In this document: positions 18,984 through 29,070 of the stretch, in pieces
Layout: the number at the start of each line of letters is the position of its first letter
How positions within the stretch are numbered: the stretch's first letter is position 1
DNA from: an uncultured Clostridia bacterium
Lineage (GTDB): Bacteria; Bacillota; Clostridia; TANB77; CAG-465
Direction: 5' to 3'
Length of the DNA stretch: 64,000 bases
Assembly: GCA_944386345.1 (NCBI GenBank)
Contig: CALXAR010000001.1
Span: 350-64,349, forward strand
Notes under the pieces: model-generated
The model's database searches: none
What the model was told of the DNA's origin: nothing
What the model saw: the letters and a program-made list of their open reading frames with translations, nothing else
Position numbers and translations under genes: made by a program

Positions 18984-20273
18984 CTATATTATTGCAAACA
19001 TAGCATCTTTATCAATTTCCTTTAATGTTACCTTTATTTGTTTACCAATTAAATTTTCATTAGATTTTACCTTTACCATAACATAATTTGGGGTATATCC
19101 TTGTACATATCCACTATTTTGAGACTCAATAAGAATTGTCTCTTTTTTTCCTAACATCTTTTCCATATATTCTCTTTTTAAATTACTTGCCAAAGTTATA
19201 AGTTTTTCACTTCTTTTTTGTGCTATATTTCCATCAACTTGATTATCCATTTTGGCTGCCATTGTCCATTTCCTTTTAGAATATTTAAATACATGTACTT
19301 CATAAAAAGCAACTCTTTTTACACCATCTATTGTATTTTCAAATTCTTCATCAGTCTCTGCGGGGAAACCAACTATAATGTCACATGTAAAAGCAGGATT
19401 TTCAAAGTTTTCCCTTATTGTCTCAACAATATGAAAAATATCCTCTCTTGTATATTTTCTATTCATCCTTTTTAATACATTATTATCAAGACTTTGTACT
19501 GAAATATGAAAATGTGGACATAGCTTGTCTATCTTTGAAAGCCTTTTTATATTTTCATCTGTTAAAACTCTAGGCTCAATTGAACCAAGTCTTATTCGTT
19601 TTAATCCGTCAATTTTTGATACTTCTTCAATAACATCTATTAAATTAATATTACTATCTGTATAGTCCTTACCATATGAAGCAATTTCTATCCCAACAAG
19701 TACAATTTCTCCTACTCCGCTTTTTACTAAAGATTTAACCTCTAAAATAATATCATCCAAATTTCTGCTTCTTACTCTTCCTCTTACATAAGGAATAATA
19801 CAATACGAACAAAAATTATTACATCCATCCTCAATTTTTACGCTTTCCCTTATTTGTCTTCCAGTAGTCAAATTTTTTTCTTGAATATATTTTTTTATTT
19901 TATTTATATCAGCGACTTTATATACAGTCTTATTTTTTTTATTTTCTAAATACTCTTTTGTAATCTCTACAATATCATTTTTTTCTTGATTTCCTATTAT
20001 TATGTCCACATTCTCTAACTTTTTATTTTTATCTATCTCTTGTGCATAGCACCCAGCCAAAACTACAATTCCACCCATTTTTTTGGCTCTACTTAAATAT
20101 TGTCTAGTCTTTCTTGTAGAAAGATTTGTAACGCTACATGAATTTATAACGTATATATCAGCTTTATCTTTAAAATCACAAATTTCATATCCTTTATCTA
20201 TAAAATTCTTCATCATTAAATCTGTTTCATATTGGTTAACTTTGCAACCAAGTGTAAAAAATGCTACTCTCAT
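18984..20273 (-). CDS. mtaB: Radical-SAM tRNA methylthiotransferase (MtaB/MiaB family)
   Basis: MRVAFFTLGCKVNQYETD MTTase N-terminus, radical SAM CxxxCxxC (CNNFCSYC), C-terminal TRAM domain. Confidence 0.8.
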   Translation of the reverse strand: MRVAFFTLGCKVNQYETDLMMKNFIDKGYEICDFKDKADIYVINSCSVTNLSTRKTRQYLSRAKKMGGIVVLAGCYAQEIDKNKKLENVDIIIGNQEKNDIVEITKEYLENKKNKTVYKVADINKIKKYIQEKNLTTGRQIRESVKIEDGCNNFCSYCIIPYVRGRVRSRNLDDIILEVKSLVKSGVGEIVLVGIEIASYGKDYTDSNINLIDVIEEVSKIDGLKRIRLGSIEPRVLTDENIKRLSKIDKLCPHFHISVQSLDNNVLKRMNRKYTREDIFHIVETIRENFENPAFTCDIIVGFPAETDEEFENTIDGVKRVAFYEVHVFKYSKRKWTMAAKMDNQVDGNIAQKRSEKLITLASNLKREYMEKMLGKKETILIESQNSGYVQGYTPNYVMVKVKSNENLIGKQIKVTLKEIDKDAMFAII

Positions 20274-20292
20274 TACATTCTCCTTTACTATT

Positions 20293-21099
20293 TTAAGAAT
20301 ATCTAAATACTTTTAATACGATATTATTACTTTTTGTCTTTCTTACTTCTTCTCCAACTTTCAGCTTTCCACATCTTTTAAAAGATATAATATCTCCAGA
20401 AGTTACCAAGGTATTAGGATAAAAAATGCTTTTATCATTTATATATAAATCTCCTTTTATTATCTTATCCTTTACTTCACTTCTACTTAAGTTATATACT
20501 TCGCTTAGTAGCGCATCTACTCTATATGATGGAATAATATACTCTTTTTCTATGAAATTAAAAGATAATTTCTCAACCTCATTAGAAAATATATCTACTA
20601 CCTCAGTAATAACATCATATTTGCCAACAGAGAGTAAATTCAAAATAAAATAGTCTTTTACACTATTCATACAAAAAAAATACGCTACATTTTCATTTAA
20701 AATTATATCTCCAATATACTCTCTTCTTATTCCTAATGAATAAATTGCTCCCATATAATCCTTATGAAGTAATTTCCCTTTAGAATTAGAGATTATCTTT
20801 ATACATGACACATGCTCACTAAATAAATTATCTTTACTTTCTAATAAATAATCTGGTATAAAAGCAATATTTCTTTTTTCACAGTCTTTATTTGCATAGA
20901 ATTCATAAAACTTTATCTTAAAATGATTTAGCACTCTTTCTATCATATCAAACTCATTTAAATTAAGAAAATTAGAAAAAAACAGACTATCCGTTTTTTC
21001 AAATTTTATTGCTTTATCTAATATACCAGATATTAAAATTCTCTCATCTTTATCTTTTATTGTTTCAAGTATTTTTTGCTTTGCTTGTTTAGTTATCAT
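20293..21099 (-). CDS. S4-domain RNA-binding protein (YlmH-like)
   Basis: 268 aa. C-terminal S4 motif RVDALLSEVYNLSRSEVKDKIIKGDLYINDK. Confidence 0.45.
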   Translation of the reverse strand: MITKQAKQKILETIKDKDERILISGILDKAIKFEKTDSLFFSNFLNLNEFDMIERVLNHFKIKFYEFYANKDCEKRNIAFIPDYLLESKDNLFSEHVSCIKIISNSKGKLLHKDYMGAIYSLGIRREYIGDIILNENVAYFFCMNSVKDYFILNLLSVGKYDVITEVVDIFSNEVEKLSFNFIEKEYIIPSYRVDALLSEVYNLSRSEVKDKIIKGDLYINDKSIFYPNTLVTSGDIISFKRCGKLKVGEEVRKTKSNNIVLKVFRYS

Positions 21100-21187
21100 T
21101 TTCCCTTTACCTATTTTACTATTTATACATTATATCAAAAAAAGCTCTATAGTACAAGAAAGCTTAAAACAATGTTTCTTCAACCAT

Positions 21188-22159
21188 TTATAATAAATAC
21201 TCAATTAATATTTCCTTTACTTTTTCTATATCTTCTTCACGATTAATCATATCTTTTATATAGCTACTATTTTTTAAGCCCTTCATGTACCAAGCAATAT
21301 GTTTTCTCATTTTTAAAGTTGCCTGTCTAATACTTTCTTCATTTTCTATAGCATAGTTTATATGCTCTAATATTATTTCTAAGCGTTCTTTATTTGTTGG
21401 TATATAATCTTTTCCCTCTAATATACTCTTAAAAATCCAAGGATTTCCTTGAGCCCCTCTTGCAATCATTATGCCATCGCATTTTGTATACTCAAACATT
21501 CTCTTTGCACTTTCAATATCTACTATATCGCCATTACCAATTACGGGAATACTTACAGCCTCTTTAACTGCTTTTATAATATCTAAGTCAGCACTACCAC
21601 TATAGTACTGCTCACGTGTTCTTCCGTGTACTGTAATCATTGCCACACCATATTTTTCACAAATCTTTGCTACTTTTACAGCTGTTATAATACTATCATT
21701 AAAACCTTTTCTTGTTTTTACTGTTATTGGTTTTTTTGATACCCTTGTTGCTTCTTTTATTATTTCTTCTACCTTATCTAAATTTAAAAGCAAGCCTGCT
21801 CCATCTCCATTTTTAACTAGCTTTGGTGCAGGACAGCCCATATTTATATCTATTATATCTATATTATCATCATCATTTAGCTTTTCTATCGTATTTTTAA
21901 TAACATCTTTATCACTACCAAAAATCTGTACTACTGATGGTCTCTCATCATCCATTATATGAAGAATCTTACTTGTTTTCTGGCTATTAAATTCCATTGC
22001 TTTAGTACTTGCCATCTCAGTAAAAGTAAGTCCAGGACCAAACTTTCTACATATTTTTCTAAATGGTATATCAGTAACTCCCGCCATTGGAGCCAAAAAG
22101 ATATTATTTTTAACTAATATATTACCAATTCTTATTTCTTTTATGTAATTTTCTAACAT
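21188..22159 (-). CDS. dusB: tRNA-dihydrouridine synthase
   Basis: FLAPMAGVTDIPFR FMN-binding N-terminus, TIM-barrel Dus family; 323 aa. Confidence 0.85.
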   Translation of the reverse strand: MLENYIKEIRIGNILVKNNIFLAPMAGVTDIPFRKICRKFGPGLTFTEMASTKAMEFNSQKTSKILHIMDDERPSVVQIFGSDKDVIKNTIEKLNDDDNIDIIDINMGCPAPKLVKNGDGAGLLLNLDKVEEIIKEATRVSKKPITVKTRKGFNDSIITAVKVAKICEKYGVAMITVHGRTREQYYSGSADLDIIKAVKEAVSIPVIGNGDIVDIESAKRMFEYTKCDGIMIARGAQGNPWIFKSILEGKDYIPTNKERLEIILEHINYAIENEESIRQATLKMRKHIAWYMKGLKNSSYIKDMINREEDIEKVKEILIEYLL

Positions 22160-22277
22160 ATCTACTCCTTTTATCTGTTATATAATACTATATTTTATAT
22201 CAAAAATCAAGAATTACATAATATACAAATATTTTTTAATGTAAAACATATTATATATTAAAGAGAGGAGGAAATAA

Positions 22278-22730
22278 ATGAAAAGTGCATACATAAACAC
22301 CACTGCTAGAGCAATAATAAAAGGTGGCGCAAAATATACTAATTTACATGGCGTAGTTAACTTTAAACAAATGAAAAATGGTGTTTTAGTAACCTTAGAG
22401 ATTTTTGGTCTTCCATATGAGACCTGCAAAAATGAGATATATGGATTTCATATTCATGAAGGAGAGCAATGTAGTGGAAATGATAAAGATGAATTTGCTG
22501 ATGCTGGTTCTCACTTTAGTACAAATAACTGTGAGCATCCCTATCACTCTGGAGATTTTCCACCAATATTTGGAAATAAAGGCTACGCATATATGTCTTT
22601 TTTTACAAATAGATTTAAACTTTCAGAGGTTATTGGTAAAACAGTTATAATACATAGTAATGCAGATGATTTAATGACTCAACCAAGCGGAAATTCCATG
22701 AAAAAAATTGCGTGCGGTATAATAAAATAA
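22278..22730 (+). CDS. sodC: Cu/Zn superoxide dismutase family protein lacking a signal peptide
   Basis: 150 aa. GFHIHEGEQC (Cu His pair), GSHF..EHPYHSGDFPP (bridging His, Zn His/His/Asp), IIHSNADD (fourth Cu His), and the Cys pair (C57/C146 equivalents) are all conserved. Strong RBS GAGAGGAGG. No hydrophobic N-terminus. Confidence 0.75.
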   Translation: MKSAYINTTARAIIKGGAKYTNLHGVVNFKQMKNGVLVTLEIFGLPYETCKNEIYGFHIHEGEQCSGNDKDEFADAGSHFSTNNCEHPYHSGDFPPIFGNKGYAYMSFFTNRFKLSEVIGKTVIIHSNADDLMTQPSGNSMKKIACGIIK

Positions 22731-22762
22731 AAGAAGTTCATATATAGAACTTCTTTTTTTTA
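22729..22762. terminator. Bidirectional rho-independent terminator between the convergent sodC-like and GtrB-like genes
   Basis: aagaagttc-atatatag-gaacttctt hairpin flanked by an A-run and a T-run. Confidence 0.6.
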
Positions 22763-23716
22763 CTAATCTTCATCTTTTTCCTTTTGAGATTCTTTTCTTA
22801 AAGTATTTAAATATAATTCATATAATTGTTTGTGCTTTTTAGCTATAACATCTAATATTATACCGCAAGACCATAATAAACAAGCCATAACCAAAAAGAT
22901 ACAAGAAACTATAAGTGTTGGAAATCTCATAACAAGTCCAGTCTTAAAATATGATATTAATACAGGTAATCCAAATGCAATTGATATTAGCAACAACAAT
23001 ATAGCTACTAGTGAAAAGAAGAAAAACGGTTTATACTCTTTAAATAAAGTAGCTATTGTTTTTAAAACCTTAAAGCCATCTGAGTAAGTATTTAATTTTG
23101 AAACACTTCCTTTGGGTCTATCTCTATAGTTTACTGGTACTTCAACCAATTTAAAGTTTTTATCAATTGAATGTATTGTCATTTCTGTTTCAATCTCAAA
23201 GCCTTTTGATAAAACTGGAAAGCTTTTTACAAACTCATAACTAAATGCTCTATAGCCAGTCATTATATCTTTAACGTTATTTTTAAATAATTTATTAATT
23301 AATAGTCTTACTATTCTATTACCAAAATTATGAAATTTTCTCTTGTTTTCAGTAAAATATGTACTAGAAAGTCTATCTCCTATAACCATATCAGCTTTTC
23401 CTGACAAAACCAAATCACACATTTTTCTAGCGTCTTCTGCCGGATATGTATCGTCTCCATCAATCATTAAATAACAATCAGCTGTAATATCTCTAAACAT
23501 ACTTCTTATTACATTTCCTTTTCCTTGACGATACTCGTATTTTACTATTGCTCCAGCTTTTTTTGCTATCTTATCTGTGCCATCAGTAGAATTATTATCA
23601 TAAACATATATATCTGCTTCAGGTAATACTTTTTTATAATCCTTTACTACTTTTGCTACTGTCTTTGATTCATTATAACATGGTATCAAAACTGCTATTT
23701 TACTTTTATCTTTCAT
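22763..23716 (-). CDS. GtrB-like GT2 polyprenyl-phosphate glycosyltransferase with C-terminal TM anchor
   Basis: 317 aa. IAVLIPCYNESKTV...YVYDNNSTDGTD...IDGDDTY GT-A motifs, two C-terminal TM helices (DPM1/ArnC/GtrB architecture). Confidence 0.75.
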   Translation of the reverse strand: MKDKSKIAVLIPCYNESKTVAKVVKDYKKVLPEADIYVYDNNSTDGTDKIAKKAGAIVKYEYRQGKGNVIRSMFRDITADCYLMIDGDDTYPAEDARKMCDLVLSGKADMVIGDRLSSTYFTENKRKFHNFGNRIVRLLINKLFKNNVKDIMTGYRAFSYEFVKSFPVLSKGFEIETEMTIHSIDKNFKLVEVPVNYRDRPKGSVSKLNTYSDGFKVLKTIATLFKEYKPFFFFSLVAILLLLISIAFGLPVLISYFKTGLVMRFPTLIVSCIFLVMACLLWSCGIILDVIAKKHKQLYELYLNTLRKESQKEKDED

Positions 23717-23734
23717 CTTCTATTCTCCATTCCT

Positions 23735-25669
23735 TTAAATATATTTTACAAATAATTCCATTAAACTCATAAAACTAACAAATATACACCCTATTAATGC
23801 AATCTTTTCAAAGATTTCACTATCTTCCTTAGATTTTCTACCAATAAAGTTTCCAATTAATATAAACACAATAGGTATTATAGGTAAAAAGTATCTACCT
23901 TGTACTCCATCAATTTTATCAGATCCATAAGATGTCCACTGAACAAATAGACTTGTAAATACAAGTGCTATTACAGCTAGTACAACAAATATAAATATTA
24001 TAATTTCTCTAACTTTAAACCTATTTTTCATCTTCTCATCATTAATACAAGCAAGAATTGAAAGAGTAATTAATATTAATGGTACGAATGTTTTATTCTT
24101 TACTGCAGATCCCCATAATAGGCTCTTTCCAAATAACTCTTCTATATATCCTATACCGTTTTCTTGTATTGTATATAAAAACATTTGACAATATTTTACA
24201 ATATTAGTTAAAACAAACTCTATTTGATAATCTGATTCTCCATTAGTATAAACATCTAAATATGGATTAGCAAGCATTAACCATGTAAGATTTAATAAAA
24301 CAAATACAACAATCATTGAAATGATTACCAAATATCTTTTTTTATTATTATTTTCAAAAGACTCTTTTGGAAGTAATAATAGTAAAAATACTATAGGAAT
24401 GTATACAATCTTACAAAAAGCAATAATAACTCCAAGTATCGAAAGTATAGCATAATCTTTCTTTGTCAGTTTTCGTTTTTGATTATAAATGTCTAAAATA
24501 TATGCTATAAACAAAAATGCCGTAGCTATTGTAAAGCCATCTCCAGATAATGTTACAAATCCCTCTATTGCAATAGGAATAAATGCCAATATAAGCAATA
24601 GCTTTTTAGCAAAAGGAATTTTCTTTATTGCATAATATAGCATAGTTATACAAATTGCTAAATTTGCTAATCTTCCCAAATAAGATATTAGTATAGGTCT
24701 ATCAGTTAATATCTTTCCTATTCCCACTCCAATAACTTGAGGTAAATACTGTACAGGAGAGTATACAGACATTGTCACATCACTTATAAAAGATAGATTT
24801 GAGTAATCTATTTTATCTATAATTTCTTTTATTATATCAATATATTTTAAATCTCCCCATGGAAGTGATGATATTATTGCATCAGGCATATAGTATCCAG
24901 TAGAATTATTTTGAATATCTGGAAGTAACCCACCTTCTGTTATTTCAAAAATTCTATACCAGTGAAATAACTCATCATGTCCAACATATAAAGGTATTAA
25001 TACCATATATAAAATAAATATTGGTATTGCAAGATATAGAAATTTCTTTTCTATTGTTTCTTTTCTTTTTAATACAAAATATCCTATAGCACTTAAAACT
25101 ATAATTATAATAGCTAGTCCTGAATAAAATAAAATGTATTCACTTAAATTTATATAAAAGCTCTCTGTTTGCAATGCTCCACTATATTCTTTTCCATTTA
25201 CAAAAAATATTCTATCTTCTATTTCCTCGTTAATTAATGGGTAAAATTCTGACTTTTCTCCATTATATTGTAAATTTAAAGTATAGTCTTTAACCATGCT
25301 TAGCTCATCAACTTTTAGTCTATATTTACTGTTTAATGATGTTTGAACATACGCAATATCTTGCGATTGTACAACGTTTCCATCTTCATCTATTATTTTT
25401 AATATATATATTCCATCTGTGCTCGTAACGTCACTAGTATTAAAATATATATCTATATACTTTAATCTATTTTCTGAGACATCTAATCTTTGAGTAAATA
25501 CATCTCCGTCATTTACCTCTTCAATAATATTTTCTGTATTTTCCTGTTTTAAGGTATTATATTTTGCATATCCGCTTTCAAGTAACTCAAACTTATATGA
25601 AAACAATAATATTGCTAGTATAACAATAATTACATATACTAATATAATTCCTATTTTTTTATTTTTCAT
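23735..25669 (-). CDS. Polytopic membrane protein, GT-C-like glycosyltransferase candidate (Gtr type-specific component)
   Basis: 644 aa. N-terminal TM, a 150-aa extracytoplasmic segment, then about 11 TM helices. 18-nt gap to the GtrB-like gene. Confidence 0.45.
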   Translation of the reverse strand: MKNKKIGIILVYVIIVILAILLFSYKFELLESGYAKYNTLKQENTENIIEEVNDGDVFTQRLDVSENRLKYIDIYFNTSDVTSTDGIYILKIIDEDGNVVQSQDIAYVQTSLNSKYRLKVDELSMVKDYTLNLQYNGEKSEFYPLINEEIEDRIFFVNGKEYSGALQTESFYINLSEYILFYSGLAIIIIVLSAIGYFVLKRKETIEKKFLYLAIPIFILYMVLIPLYVGHDELFHWYRIFEITEGGLLPDIQNNSTGYYMPDAIISSLPWGDLKYIDIIKEIIDKIDYSNLSFISDVTMSVYSPVQYLPQVIGVGIGKILTDRPILISYLGRLANLAICITMLYYAIKKIPFAKKLLLILAFIPIAIEGFVTLSGDGFTIATAFLFIAYILDIYNQKRKLTKKDYAILSILGVIIAFCKIVYIPIVFLLLLLPKESFENNNKKRYLVIISMIVVFVLLNLTWLMLANPYLDVYTNGESDYQIEFVLTNIVKYCQMFLYTIQENGIGYIEELFGKSLLWGSAVKNKTFVPLILITLSILACINDEKMKNRFKVREIIIFIFVVLAVIALVFTSLFVQWTSYGSDKIDGVQGRYFLPIIPIVFILIGNFIGRKSKEDSEIFEKIALIGCIFVSFMSLMELFVKYI

Positions 25670-25736
25670 ATATTTACCACCTTAATATAATCATTTAAAT
25701 AATCCACCAAAATATGAACCATTTATCAACAATTAG

Positions 25737-25745
25737 ATTATAGCA
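25737..25745 (-). promoter_or_regulatory. Candidate extended -10 element TGCTATAAT upstream of the GT-C-like/GtrB-like gene pair
   Basis: Minus-strand TGCTATAAT lies about 65 nt upstream of the ATG at 25669. Confidence 0.3.
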
Positions 25746-25800
25746 TACAAACTTTTTTTTGAAAAGTATCTAATTGTCAAAAATTGTTTTCTTTTAAGTA

Positions 25801-25834
25801 TAAAAAATAAAAAGAAGGTTATTATTGTAACCTT
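25801..25834 (-). terminator. Rho-independent terminator after the small membrane ORF
   Basis: aaggtta-caataa-taacctt hairpin followed by cTTTTTaTTTTTT on the minus strand. Confidence 0.5.
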
Positions 25835-25845
25835 CATAGCAGGAT

Positions 25846-25998
25846 TTATTCTTTGTTATCAATCTTTTGTATTACTTTTTCTATTTCTCTTTTTTCTTCA
25901 ATATTATTTTCATTTTTTGTTGCTACTTTAAAAAATTTAATAATAAAAATTACAAACATACAATAAACAGCAATTAGCAATATAACTTTAATACCCAC
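25846..25998 (-). CDS. Unannotated 50-aa single-TM micro-protein (GTG start)
   Basis: Not in the ORF track. GTG at 25998 preceded by AAAGGTGG with a 6-nt spacer. Translation VGIKVILLIAVYCMFVIFIIKFFKVATKNENNIEEKREIEKVIQKIDNKE*, with its own terminator. Confidence 0.3.
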   Translation of the reverse strand: MGIKVILLIAVYCMFVIFIIKFFKVATKNENNIEEKREIEKVIQKIDNKE

Positions 25999-26088
25999 AA
26001 AAATCCACCTTTAGTATTGTTTTATTAGCTATGCTTGATAATTATTACATATATACTACTTTTAGAGAAAAATAGTGATTAAATTTAA

Positions 26089-26514
26089 TTAATCACTATT
26101 TTTCTTAAATACAAATAATTTACTAATCAAATAATTAGATATAGTTATAGCCACTTGAGAAATTAGTTTAAAAATTTTATCATTCAAATGTAGAACTGTT
26201 ACTCCAACAAACATAATAGCCATATCTAAAAGTAGAGTTAAAACTCTTGCAGAAAAAAACATTCCTGCCTCTTTTAGTTTATTTTTTTCTTTACTCTCAA
26301 ATACATATTTTCTATTTGTAACATAAGCAAAAGCGACACTTACTATCCAAGAAACAATATTGGCAATCTGTAGTTGTATACTGTTTTTGGGGTTTAATAT
26401 AGTAAAAACTAATAAATAATATGTACTTAGTGAGACTATTGTTGTTAATACGCCAACTATTAGATAATTAATAATTTCTTTGTATTTTATATATAGTTTT
26501 TTTATGTTATTCAC
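26089..26514 (-). CDS. GtrA family flippase-like small membrane protein
   Basis: 141 aa, 4 TM helices. YLIVGVLTTIVSLSTYYLL...NRKYVF is the GtrA signature. Confidence 0.8.
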   Translation of the reverse strand: MNNIKKLYIKYKEIINYLIVGVLTTIVSLSTYYLLVFTILNPKNSIQLQIANIVSWIVSVAFAYVTNRKYVFESKEKNKLKEAGMFFSARVLTLLLDMAIMFVGVTVLHLNDKIFKLISQVAITISNYLISKLFVFKKNSD

Positions 26515-26532
26515 TTTAATTTTTCCCCCTAA

Positions 26533-27654
26533 TTAAAACATAACACTATTATTTTTTCTTGCTGAAATATTTAGAATAATTCCCATAGCTATACCAGATG
26601 TTAGTAAATTACTACCACCATAGCTTACAAACGGCAAAGGTACACCTGTTATAGGTAACAGTCCAATTGTCATTCCTATATTTTCTATAAAGTGGAATGC
26701 AAACATTCCTGCTATTCCAACAGCAACAAAAGATGTATATAAGTCTCTAGCTTCAGATGCTACTTTTAAGACTCTAAGCAATAATATCAAATATAGTACA
26801 ACAACTATTGCAGAAACTATAAATCCCATCTCCTCTGATATTACTGAAAAAATAAAATCTGACGATTGAACTGGTAAATAATCATATTGTGTTTGAGAGC
26901 CTTGAAGATATCCAGAACCTAAAAGCATCCCAGCACCAACAGCAATTTTTGATTGTATTGCATTATATCCATCGCCTAAAGGATCAAGCTCTGGATTTAA
27001 AAATACATCAATTCTAGATTTTGCATGATCAGGTAAAAAATTATATATAACAGGTAATAATACCAAAGCAAGTAAAAAAGCAATTACTATATACCTATAT
27101 TTTATACCTAGTTTAAATATCATAAATATTGTTATCATTACATATACAAGTGCTGTACCAAAATCTGGTTGTAATATAATTAAAATTAATGGAACTACAA
27201 ATAATATTCCTAAAACTACTAGTAATATTATATTTTTCTTCTTATCTGGTTGTGGTGATTGATTATTTTCAGTAAAAATAGTCATAACTTTTGCAGCACA
27301 TAATATATATCCGATTTTCATGAGCTCAGATGGCTGATAAGAAATTCCTGCTATATTAAACCAACTACTTGCTCCATATGCAGTTGGCATTGCAAGAACA
27401 AGAATTAATAGTATCAGATTTATTCCATATAAAACGTACCCCACAAATTCGAACATAGAAGTATCTATTGCCCACAAAAATATTGCTATAACACAGACAG
27501 CAGCAAACCAAATAATTTGTCTTTGATATTCAGTATTACTACTGTCTGCATCACCATATCCGGCACTATATATTCCAAGTACTCCTATTATAAATAGTGC
27601 TAATATTGTTATGACTAATATATAATCAGTATTTTTTAATAAATTTTTAAACAA
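26533..27654 (-). CDS. rodA: SEDS-family peptidoglycan glycosyltransferase RodA/FtsW
   Basis: 373 aa, 10 TM helices, conserved QPSELMK loop and C-terminal PLPFVSYGGS motif. Confidence 0.8.
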   Translation of the reverse strand: MFKNLLKNTDYILVITILALFIIGVLGIYSAGYGDADSSNTEYQRQIIWFAAVCVIAIFLWAIDTSMFEFVGYVLYGINLILLILVLAMPTAYGASSWFNIAGISYQPSELMKIGYILCAAKVMTIFTENNQSPQPDKKKNIILLVVLGILFVVPLILIILQPDFGTALVYVMITIFMIFKLGIKYRYIVIAFLLALVLLPVIYNFLPDHAKSRIDVFLNPELDPLGDGYNAIQSKIAVGAGMLLGSGYLQGSQTQYDYLPVQSSDFIFSVISEEMGFIVSAIVVVLYLILLLRVLKVASEARDLYTSFVAVGIAGMFAFHFIENIGMTIGLLPITGVPLPFVSYGGSNLLTSGIAMGIILNISARKNNSVMF

Positions 27655-27656
27655 TA

Positions 27657-29054
27657 TTACTCCTTATAAAATGCTTTATATGCAAGATATGTCATATATA
27701 CATCGTATTTTGATGTTACTTCATAAGGAGAATGCATTGCAAGAACTGGTGTTCCACAATCTACAACTTCACATCCCTTATCAGCAAGAATATAGGCTAT
27801 AGTTCCGCCGCCACCTTTTCCAATTTTTCCTAAAGTTCCAATTTGATACATAACATTATTTATATCAAACATTGACATTACTTCAGACATATAGCTTGCA
27901 TTTGCATCACTTGCATTATACTTTCCACCAGAACCAGTATATTTTTCTATTGATACTCCACATCCAAGTGTACTACCATTTTGTATATCTGAGACATCTT
28001 CATATTCTGGAGAAATTCCAGCTGTAACATCTGCAGATAAAACTTTAGAGTTATAATAAACCTCTAGTTTATCTACTCCCATACTATTTGTTTTTTCTAT
28101 TAATTTATTTACAAACATATCAAAAGCACGTGAGCTCATTGAAGTAGTTCCAATACTACCAATTTCTTCTTTATCGACAATCATTGCAACTAATGTTTTC
28201 TTAATAGTATCTCCAAGCTCATCAGCAGCATCAATTATTGCTCTAATTGTGGCATAAGCACATACTCTGTCATCTTGACCATAGCCACCAATTAATCCTC
28301 TATCAAATCCAATAAATTTTGTTTTAAATGCTGGGACAAAGCATATCTCACTTCTTGCAAAATCTATCTCTTCTATTCCATATTTTGCATTTAATATTTT
28401 TAATATATTATGTTTTACTTTCTCTGTTACCTTATCGTCTGCCTCTTTATCTTTTAAAGAACCAACTAAAACACTCATCTTTTCTGGGTCTATAAAGTCG
28501 TTTGCATTAGCCTTCATCTGATCTTTAGCAAGATGAGGAAGTAGATCTGCTATAGTAAATACTGGATCATCATTGTTTTCGCCAACAGATATTTTTATCT
28601 TCTCTCCCTCTTTATTATATATAACTCCATAAATTGCAAGAGGTATTGACATCCATTGATACTTCTTTATTCCACCATAATATTGCGTTTTAAATAGTGC
28701 TGTACCACTTTTTTCAATTAGTGGCATAGGCTTAGTATCAAGTCTTGGACTATCAATGTGTGCTCCAACAATATTTAAGCCATTTACAATATTCTCATTT
28801 CCAATTACACAAATATATAATGATTTATCTTTATTGACAAAATATACTCTATCTCCCGGCTCTAAAACCTGCTTTTCATCTAGAGAAATAAATCCATTAT
28901 TTTCAAGAATATTTATTGCCTCTTCAACAGCTAAATACTCTGTTCTTGCCTTATCTAGGAAAGTCATATAACTTTTTGCATATCCATTTGCATTATCTAG
29001 TTCTTCTTGTGATAATGTAGAATAAATATCTTTCTTTTCATATTTTAAACTCAT
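27657..29054 (-). CDS. M18-family aminopeptidase
   Basis: 465 aa; length and N-terminal region fit M18 aspartyl aminopeptidase-like proteins. Confidence 0.6.
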   Translation of the reverse strand: MSLKYEKKDIYSTLSQEELDNANGYAKSYMTFLDKARTEYLAVEEAINILENNGFISLDEKQVLEPGDRVYFVNKDKSLYICVIGNENIVNGLNIVGAHIDSPRLDTKPMPLIEKSGTALFKTQYYGGIKKYQWMSIPLAIYGVIYNKEGEKIKISVGENNDDPVFTIADLLPHLAKDQMKANANDFIDPEKMSVLVGSLKDKEADDKVTEKVKHNILKILNAKYGIEEIDFARSEICFVPAFKTKFIGFDRGLIGGYGQDDRVCAYATIRAIIDAADELGDTIKKTLVAMIVDKEEIGSIGTTSMSSRAFDMFVNKLIEKTNSMGVDKLEVYYNSKVLSADVTAGISPEYEDVSDIQNGSTLGCGVSIEKYTGSGGKYNASDANASYMSEVMSMFDINNVMYQIGTLGKIGKGGGGTIAYILADKGCEVVDCGTPVLAMHSPYEVTSKYDVYMTYLAYKAFYKE

Positions 29055-29070
29055 ACTCTCTACCTCTTTT

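Noticed and set aside
22214-22429. 71-aa minus-strand ORF overlapping the sodC start
   Set aside because: It overlaps a well-supported plus-strand gene with a strong RBS. It is AT-rich and hydrophobic with low complexity and no RBS, so it is a likely spurious ORF.
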